Source: Octopus vulgaris
Lineage: Eukaryota
NCBI GenBank assembly: GCA_951406725.2
Contig: OX597821.1
Span: 83,886,001 to 83,950,000 of the forward strand
Length of the DNA stretch: 64,000 nt
Direction of reading: 5' to 3'
Shown: one piece after another, positions 54,926-64,000 of the stretch
Layout: every line of letters starts with the position of its first letter
Position numbering within the stretch: position 1 is the stretch's first letter
Notes under the pieces: generated by a model
What the model saw: only the letters and a program-made list of their open reading frames with translations
Databases searched by the model: none
What the model was told of the DNA's origin: nothing
Translations under genes and position numbers: made by a program

Positions 54926-55294
54926 TCTTTTACTCTTTTACTTGTTTCAGTCATTTGACTGTGGCCATGCTAGAGCACCGCCTTTAGACGAGCAAATCAA
55001 CCCCAGGACTTATTCTTTGTAAGCCAAATACTTATTCTATCGGACGTAAACATCGGTTGTCTAGCGATGTTTGAGGGGACAAACACAGACACACAAACAT
55101 ACACAGACACACACACACACATATATATATATATGACGGGCTTCTTTCAGTTTCCGTCTGCCAAATCCACTCACAAGGCTTTGGTCGGCCTGAGGCTACA
55201 GTAGAAGACACTTGCCCAAGGTGCCACACAGTGGGACTGAACCTGGAACCATGTGGTTGGTAAGCTAGCTACTTACCACACAGCCACTCCTACG

Positions 55295-55296
<2 letters not shown>
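54926..55296 (-). mobile_element. SINE A, near full length with an internal deletion
   Basis: Consensus head ggcgtaggagtggctgtgtggtaagtag and consensus tail. Confidence 0.92.
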
Positions 55297-55367
<71 letters not shown>

Positions 55368-55457
55368 ACACACATATATATGCATATATACGTATATAAA
55401 CTTACGTAATAAGTGTTTTTAAAAAATTCATAAGTACATGGAGAAGCACGGAAACAA

Positions 55458-55491
<34 letters not shown>

Positions 55492-56232
55492 GCACATACA
55501 CACACACACACACACACACACTCCATCAGTGGGTAAACAAAGAAATATTCCGGAATACAGCCTCGCCATGTTTAGGATATAAGCAATAAAAGTCTATACA
55601 GTATTGTCTGTGTTTTGTTGTTTATTGACGGGGGAAGACGAGTGAAGGGTGCAGCAATCTGCATCAGTAGCAGCAGCAGCAGCAGCAGCAGCCTGCACAC
55701 GACCGATCCCGCCACAAGCACCACATCTCCCTACCCTCTCTTTCTGAACACCCCTTTTGCTCCTACTCCTACTCCTTCACTTACTCCTACTCGTTTTCTG
55801 CTACCTCCTCCTACTCCTCCTGCTCCCCTTTCTCTCTTGTAAATGAAAAAGCGAAGCTGCAATGCCTTAGAAAGCCTACTTGGCAAGTTGATGACACTCA
55901 TTGATAAAAAGGGGCTGTAATAATCTGATAAACTAGGGTCGTCGTGGCAACGAACGAGCGAACAACGTGGCGGTGGAGATGGTAATGGTAATGGAGGCGG
56001 CGGTGGCGGTGGCGGCTGTGGTTGTGTTGGTGGTGGTGGTGGTGGAGAACTTTTGGTGGCTGGCGGGCTGGCATGTTTGTCGGGTTGTGCAGGTTCATCT
56101 TGTTGGCTGGTTAGTTAGGCTTGTAGGCCTGGCTGGCGGGCTGGTTATTGGGTCCTACGCTTAATGTTCATTACGCTCCCCCCCCCCCCAACAGACACAC
56201 AGACATATGCATACATACATTATATATATATA

Positions 56233-56282
<50 letters not shown>

Positions 56283-56283
56283 C

Positions 56284-56362
<79 letters not shown>

Positions 56363-56567
56363 CATATATGTACATATATACATACATACATATATATACG
56401 TGAGCGCACATGCGCACACAGAACTCGCGCCAGTTGGGATTGCAGCAGTCCTGCAACAAAACTGATTCTGCTGGGACATTACGACGGGAAATGAAATATA
56501 AGGGAGCTGGAGAGAACCCGGCGGGGAGTGGGGTGGGCGTGGAGAGCAAGGGAGCTCTTCACCCCTT

Positions 56568-56600
<33 letters not shown>

Positions 56601-57256
56601 ATCTCTTTCTCTATCTCTTCCGGTCGGACGTACAGTTATTACGAAATCATCCCCATCATCACCATCAACAACAACAACAACAACAACAACAGCAGCAGCA
56701 GCAGTAATAAGAGCGAGGAATGGTACTACCAAAACCGAAAACCTAAATGTTTGTTCTTATTGGTTTCAAGGCCACTCACATTTATTTAGGGAGAGTTTGA
56801 TCAACTGAAATCAACTACAATGCATTATTTATTAATGAGGCTAATTTTTTGCATTTTTGCAGCCGAACCCCATCCCTACACCCCACTCCCCAACCTCACC
56901 CTTGCCCTGTCTTCTTCTTCTTCTTCTTCTTCTTCTTCTTCTTCTTCTTCTTCTTCTTCTTCTTCTTCTTCTTCTTCTTCTTCTTCTTCTTCTTCTTCTC
57001 TGAAAGGATGAGCCTTTGAGATGTTTATCGAATTTCACCTCAGAACGTGAAGAAGCTGGGCGAAATATCCCAAGTCAGTTGATTACGACGATTTGTGGCT
57101 GTGTGGTTAAGGAACTCGCTTTGTAATCTCAAGATTTCGGGATCAGTTTCACTGCATGGCATTTTAGGCAATTGTGTTCTGCTATAACCTCGGGCCGACC
57201 GAAGCCTCGTGAATGGATTTAGCAGACGGGAACTCTGAAAGCCTGTCATGTATGTA

Positions 57257-58102
57257 CGTGGTCTGATCAATAAGTATCATAGTAACAAAGTTAAAGCAGC
57301 AAGAGTGAAGCCGCTTGGCTCAAATTTACCTTCAATTTTGTTGCGCATGCGCACTAAGTTTTAACGTTCCAGCCCTCTTGGAAGGAAGGCGTGTAGCGTG
57401 TGATCCTCACATTGACCATGACAGAAAGTTGAGCTGAGAATCTGCATCAAATTTTGCCAAAAGCCTGGCGATAACTGCTCAAAGGCCTACGTAAAGTTTT
57501 CAAAAAGTTTTCATCGTTCTCAACACAATCTAGGAGATTTTGTGCAATTGAAACCCTAGTGTCTCTTTGGTCAGCTGAAAGCAGTTTTCGCATAAACTTG
57601 GCAGAAACGAGTCTCATACCCAAATCTTCAACGATAATTAACTAAACTGAAACCGTAACTAATCTGCACATCCTCTGATAGATAACTTACGGATGGTGAT
57701 TCGACGATTTACCCTCGATTGTTTTTCTCAGTTCTGCTAGTTGCGGGTATCCCAGAACGTTCGTCAATATCAACATTCTTCGGCCATCTTGGAAACGCAT
57801 GAACCACTCGTACACTTGTGTGCGGCTCATACACTCCCCTCTCCATACACTTCTTCAACGTTGTGTAGGCCTCTGAGCGAGTATCGCCATGACAACTTTC
57901 TCTGTCATGGCCAATGCAACGACCAGACGCTACCCACCTTCCCTCCAAGCACTGCTGTAAACAGCGGAAATGAGCTGGAACGTTAAAAATTAGTGCGCAT
58001 GCACAGCAGCGTTCAAAATCAATCTGTGCCAAGCGGCTTTACTCTACGTACCTTAGCTTCGTTACTACGGCAACAGTCCAGATACTTATTGATCAGACTT
58101 CG
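57257..58102. mobile_element. Non-autonomous mariner made of two inverted 5' halves
   Basis: TA-flanked TIRs cgtggtctgatcaataagtatc / gatacttattgatcagacttcg; mariner N-termini on both strands (ELRICIKFCQK; DERSGIPATSRT). Confidence 0.88.
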
Positions 58103-58631
58103 TATGAACTATGTAAGTGTATATGTCGACTTGTCTTTTCATCCCTTCTGGATTGATAGAATAAGTACCAGATGAACACAAGGGTCGATGTAACCGACTA
58201 ACCCCTCCCCACAAATTTCTGGCCTTGGGCCAAAATTCAAAACCAATTGTATATGGCGGCGAGGTGGCAGTGTCGTTAGCATGCCGGGAAAAAAATCTTT
58301 AGCGGCATTTCGTCCGTCTTTACGTTCTGAGTTCAAATGCCACCGAGATCGACGTTGCCCTTCATCCTTTTGGGGGTCAATAAAATAAGCACCGGTTGAG
58401 CCTTGGCATTTGATCTAACGGAGGCCTCAAAGAACATTTTAATCTCCACAAACATTAGAACTTAACTGCCCCTCTTAGTGGTCCAAAGCAGTCATGCAAT
58501 TTATGCGGGTGTCTTTTCAAAACATCGGTTTAAAAAGTCATATCAGACGCCTTGATAGATATACGGTGTAAGTACAGGAGGAGAGGTCAAACTCTGTATA
58601 AGGAGTAGACAACCACCATGAGTATGTGTGT

Positions 58632-58729
<98 letters not shown>

Positions 58730-58730
<1 letters not shown>

Positions 58731-59220
58731 CAGGTTTGTTAAAAGAGAATGAACCGATTTCATTTCGCAATATTTTAATAAGGAAGAGCAATAGAAAACT
58801 CCAGCTAAGTCACAAGTATTTACTCACAATCAACTTTTATTTCTTGTCTTACATGTGTTCAGTGTGGCCACCACCTGCAGCATGGGCAGCATCAATGCTA
58901 TAAAAGAATTCTTCCCAGACGCGTATTAGCATATCACGATCCACTGAGTACTTCTTTGTCTGACCGAATGCTTTATCGAAGTTTTTCCATTTCCTTTCTA
59001 TGTCAATATTGTCTGGAATCGCCTCAAGCAAAGCAAATTTATTATTTAGTTCCATAATAAACTTGCTTTTGATATGCTGATATGCGTCTGGGAGGAATTC
59101 TCTTATCGCATTGATGTTGCCCATGCTGCAGCTGTTGGCCACATTGAACATTTGTAAGACAGGAAATAAAAGTTGATTGCGAATAAATACTTATGACTTA
59201 GCTGGAGTTTTCTCTTGCTT
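58730..59220. mobile_element. Foldback MITE from two inverted Tc1/mariner 3' ends with a foreign spacer
   Basis: Arms about 58783-58936 and 59070-59220; the arm encodes ..AAGGGHTEHM*, a typical transposase C-terminus. Confidence 0.8.
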
Positions 59221-59310
59221 TTCTTTGGCCCAAGGCCAACAATTTTGGGGAAAGCGGTAACTCGATTACGTCGACCCTACTCAGCTAGTGATTATTTTAT
59301 TGATCCCCAA

Positions 59311-59514
59311 AGGTGGCGCGCTTGCAGAATCGTTAGCACGCTGGACGAAATGCTTAGAGGTATTTCGCCCGTCGCTACGTTCAAATTCCTTCGAGGTCGA
59401 CTTTGCCTTTCATCCTTTCGGGGTCGATGAAATAAGTACCAGTTACGCACTGGGGTCGATGTAATCGACTATCCCCCTCCACCAAATTTCAGGTCTTGTG
59501 CCTATAGTAGAAAA

Positions 59515-59515
<1 letters not shown>
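59311..59515 (+). mobile_element. SINE B
   Basis: Consensus head and tail. Confidence 0.88.
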
Positions 59516-59552
<37 letters not shown>

Positions 59553-60978
59553 TTGTATATACGTGTGTGTGTGTGCGTGTGCGTGTGCGCGCATACTCAC
59601 ACATGTGTGATTATGTGTTTGTTGTGTGCTCGTGTTTTGTCTGTGTTTGTGTTTATGTTTCTCTCCACACCGCTTGACAACCGTAGCTGTTTTTTTTTTT
59701 ATCTCCCAGTACTTAGCAGTTCGGCAAGAAGAACCCGATAGAATAAGTATCAGATTCATAACTATGTAGTTGAGTCGGTTAATTCAGCTATAACCTTTCA
59801 AGGCCGAACTCCAGTATGGCCCTTGTCTAATGACTAAAATAGGTAAAAGATAAAAGATTTCAAATATATAGTCCGGAGGGAAGACAAGACCCGTGATTGC
59901 TTACAGGGCCCCTAAGGCCGGTAGGAGGAAGGGGTAGGGAAGATGGAGACCTGGCCCCGTATGCTTACAAAATAGTGGGTCCGCTAAATGCACTCAAGAT
60001 GCCAGAAGATAGTATTGAACTGGGTACCGGGTGAAGTCTCTCATCCAAGTAAACCATGGCGGGATTTGAACTCAGAACGCAAAGAGCCGGATCATATCAC
60101 GCAAAGGCGTCTGGTTCAATTTTCTTACAGTTCCGCAAAACCCACTGTCTCGAAGTGTAGCTAGGGGGAGCTTTTAAGAAGAGTGGGGAGCAGTTTGTAT
60201 CTGCTGTATAAGCCTGTATTGAAATTAGTGTTTTTAATTTTTTGGAGGGAGTCCGGGAATTTGTGTGTGTAGAGGAGCTGGGGGAAACAACCTTAAGGGC
60301 TTTCCCGGGCGGCACACTCTCCAGCTACCATACTGCCTTTGTCCCGGATTGGTACATTTTTATCGGCACCGAAAGAATGAAAAGCAAAGTTGACTTCGGT
60401 GGCATTTGAACTCTGAGAGAAGAGAGTTGGAGCAAATACAGCAAGTAACCCTATCGGCATAATGTCACAAATTTCCGGGAGAGTTATACATACTGTTAAA
60501 TCAAGCCCAGTACGTGACAGGTGTTACAGGACTACTTGAGGTTACAGACAAATCGAGAAGTCGTAGGAGCCATCGGTGTTTTGGAGCATCACGTCTTATG
60601 TTTGGAACCTTTGGAATAAATTGGGAAAATGAAAACAGTAAACAATATAAACACATTATTTCTATATTTAATAAAGTGTAAGAAAAAACCCACCTTATTC
60701 ACATATTTTCAGGTGAAAATCTTTGGTCCGTGTGAAAATATTCACACATACATCATTTAATATAGATAGGGTTTAAACCGAGCTGGCAAGCTGTACAAGC
60801 TTGTCCAACCATTGTATTTTATGAGACGTGAAACTAATAGGAGGTCGCATTTAAAGCCTGTGAATATTAACTGATAATTATCTCTTACTAGAAGGATTAC
60901 TTTTTTGATGATATTACTTATAACGGAACAGTGCACTATACACACACACACACACACGCACACACACATATGTATATA

Positions 60979-61206
60979 TATTTCTTTACTATCCACAAGG
61001 GGCTAAACACAGAGGGGACAAACAAGGACAGACAAACAGATTAAGTCGATTACATCGACCCCAGTGGGTAACTGGTACTTAATTTATCGACCCCGAAAGG
61101 ATGAAATGCAAAGTCGACCTCGGCGGAATTTGAACTCAGAACGTAACGACAGACGAAATACCGCTAAGCATTTCGCCCGGCGTGCTAACGTTTCTGCCAG
61201 CTCGCC
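60979..61206 (-). mobile_element. SINE B full-length young copy
   Basis: ggcgagctggcagaaacgttagcacgccgggcgaaatgcttagcgg..gagttcaaattcc. Confidence 0.92.
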
Positions 61207-61259
61207 GTATATACATATACATATGTATATATGCACATACATATATGTCTGTGTGTGTT

Positions 61260-61296
<37 letters not shown>

Positions 61297-61889
61297 ATGT
61301 ATATTTATATGAATATAATTAGATATTAAATCTATGGTAGACACCCGGTAGGTTACCGGTAAATAACGTTCACCTTGACAGTTTTTGTTGCGTATTTATT
61401 ACCCGAAGAGACACATCTACATCGTCGGATGCTCCTGAACCAGTTGTTAAGTAACCCACCTGTGAGGAATCGAAGCTAGATGGGTCAAAACAATTGTAGT
61501 GATTAATAAAAATTTTCTTATTTTCCATCTTCTGTCTCTCTCCTTTCTCAATCGAAAGACGCCTGTAGCTATTTCTTGTTGTTGTATTCGTAACTGTGTA
61601 CCATGTTCTCGGGGTTTTTTTTTTTTTTCGTTTTTGTTGCCATACATATTCGCTAGTTTTCTTACAAAGGGGTCTAATGCTCTTAGCTTAGATTTTTTGG
61701 AGACAACCAGATCGAACCGCCTCAAGTGTAACTGTCCGAAATGGTCGTGACTTCTGGCACTTGACTGATGAAAGAAAGCCAAGAATGACCAGTCTTTTTT
61801 TACCTGTCCTTCTAATTGTTATTTCTCTTGTCCGCCTTTGTGTCGTCTATCTCTCCGAACGTTTTAATGCCCCCTGTTACCTTTTTGTC

Positions 61890-61958
<69 letters not shown>

Positions 61959-61981
61959 TGTGTGTGTGTGTGTGTGTGTGC

Positions 61982-62158
61982 CGTAGTCCCTCGACTATCG
62001 TGGGTGTTACGTTCTAAAACCTCCCACAGAAATAATTAAAATCTAAAAAAAAAATAGTAAATAAATACCTATCCGCCGCAGAAACCCGCGATATACTGAG
62101 GAGACCGCGATAGATGAACCGCGATGTACTGAGTGCGCAGTAGGCGACAGGTTACTAT
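61982..62158. mobile_element. Degenerate Tigger/pogo-like MITE
   Basis: Ends cgtagtccctcgactatcg / taggcgacaggttactata; internal aaccgcga motifs. Confidence 0.45.
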
Positions 62159-62215
62159 ATATATGTGTATGTATGTATGTATGTATGTATGTATGTATGT
62201 ATGTATATATGGATA

Positions 62216-62266
<51 letters not shown>

Positions 62267-63308
62267 TAAAGGTGCAGAGATTCAGCTTGCCCAGCATCAA
62301 TAAAGGTGGAGTTGACCTTGCAAGGACTTTTCTTGTCAAGAAGAGCTAGGAAAAATGGAATGTAAATATCTCTCTCTACTAGTGGGATTTGAACTTAAAA
62401 GTTTTGCTACTTCATCGACTACTCTATCAATTCTACCATCCACAGACTTTATTGATAATTTCTTTTATACTATTGTTCTTTTATTGCTTTTAATTCTTCG
62501 ACTGCAACAATATGGCAATGCTGATGTACTAGTTTTTGTAGTATAGTCGATCATTGTCGAATATGCCGATCAAACTATTTACGGGGACTGGGCGAAAATT
62601 TTGTCGGGTTTCGGATTAGGGGACCCATGTCTAATAAGAAAGAAAAAGATTACACCCAGCATTTGGGGAGCAAAAATACTTTTAAAAAATGAGGTTTTGA
62701 AAAGAAATTTTTCAGGAATGTAATTACCACTATTTGAAACGCGGAAATGCTAAAAAGAAAAAAAAAGAAAAAAAGCAACAACAACAAAACCGCTCTTTTC
62801 CTTTCCCATGAGGCACGAGGCTTCTAATCCCAATCTCCCCCAAGCTATCCCTTCCTACTTGGTGGGGGTGGAATTAGGAGATTCCAGTGCGGAAATTGTT
62901 TTTGGATTGAAAAAGTCTCTATCATTATTCGCCCTGTTTTTTCTTTCTTTATTTTTATTTTTGCTGGGATTATTATCCCTGTTGTTGATTCTTTTAAGGA
63001 TATTAATATTCAATTAATATAAGGGTATATATTAACATCTATTATAATGTATGGAAGGCGCGTGGCCGAGTGGCTAAATGTGTTCGACTCACGATCATAA
63101 TGCCGCGGTTTCAACGTTATGCCCGCAGCGGGAAAATCAATGGCTGTCCCAGACAGTACACACTCTTGTTAAGTCACTGCGGCTATAACGTTGACACTTT
63201 CCGATTTCTGAAATAACGATGACGAGGGTAACACAGGGAAGAGTCAGGAACTATCAGCTGGACTTTACAGTCGGTTGAAAATCAGTTCTTTCATTCTATA
63301 AAGGTTTA

Positions 63309-63536
63309 TCTTTTCCCTTTCACTTGTTTCAGCAATTGGACGGCAGCCATACGGTGGCATCGTCTTGAATGGTTTTAGTTGAACCAGTCGACTACAGCAA
63401 GTATTCCTATAAGCCTGGTACTTATTCTATCGGTCTCTTTCGGCTGAAATATTTAGTTACGTATAAGTAAAAAAACCAACACCGGTTGTCAAGCTGCGGT
63501 GAAGGAAGAACACAAACAGAAAGACACCACACGCGT

Positions 63537-63601
<65 letters not shown>

Positions 63602-63755
63602 GCGGCTTCTTTCAGCCAAATCCATTCACAAGGCTTCGGTGGGCCCGAGGCAATAGAAGAACAATAGAAGACGGAACTTGCTCAAAATATCACAGCAGCA
63701 GGACTGATACGGAACCATCATATGGTTAAGAAGCAAACACAACCACGTCTGTGCC
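63309..63755 (-). mobile_element. Old diverged SINE A
   Basis: acttgtttcag..cttattctatcggtctc..ccaaatccattcacaaggct. Confidence 0.8.
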
Positions 63756-64000
63756 TGGTGGAGTATATGAACGACGGTTGGACGGCGATAACTTGATGTT
63801 TATCCACTGTCGCTTCTACTTCGTCACTTACAGTGTAACAGTGCTGAAGACAAGCCAGAACTGCAAACACTCTCTTAAGAATCATCTCCGTCTTGGTACC
63901 AATCTAAGAAGAGACGTTTATTGATTTCAAGAAAGTGAACATCTTTGGTTAAGAATGAGGATCACAATTCTTAATTTCTCCACAATAACTTTTTTTTCAC

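Overview
AT-rich, extremely microsatellite-rich animal genomic DNA. The SINE and transposon repertoire looks like Octopus (cephalopod); this is inferred, not proven. No host protein-coding gene can be supported, and nearly all listed ORFs are translations of simple repeats. Supported features: an intact tRNA-Ala(CGC) and a degenerate copy 2 kb away; a 5'-truncated Dong/R4-type RLE LINE in (TAA)n; decayed Tc1/mariner elements and MITEs; a non-autonomous Helitron; three tRNA-derived SINE families, including a head-to-tail stack; and a truncated U2 fragment. The most notable signal is a set of short elements, many beside (TA)n/(CA)n tracts, carrying type I hammerhead-ribozyme folds (stem I-CUGANGA-stem II-GAAA-palindromic stem III-NUH-stem I'). 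At least four families occur, each with a different stem III palindrome. They often show Penelope-like partial-tandem or inverted architecture, which suggests a diverse Penelope/retrozyme-type system. All coordinates were read by eye, and degenerate boundaries are approximate.
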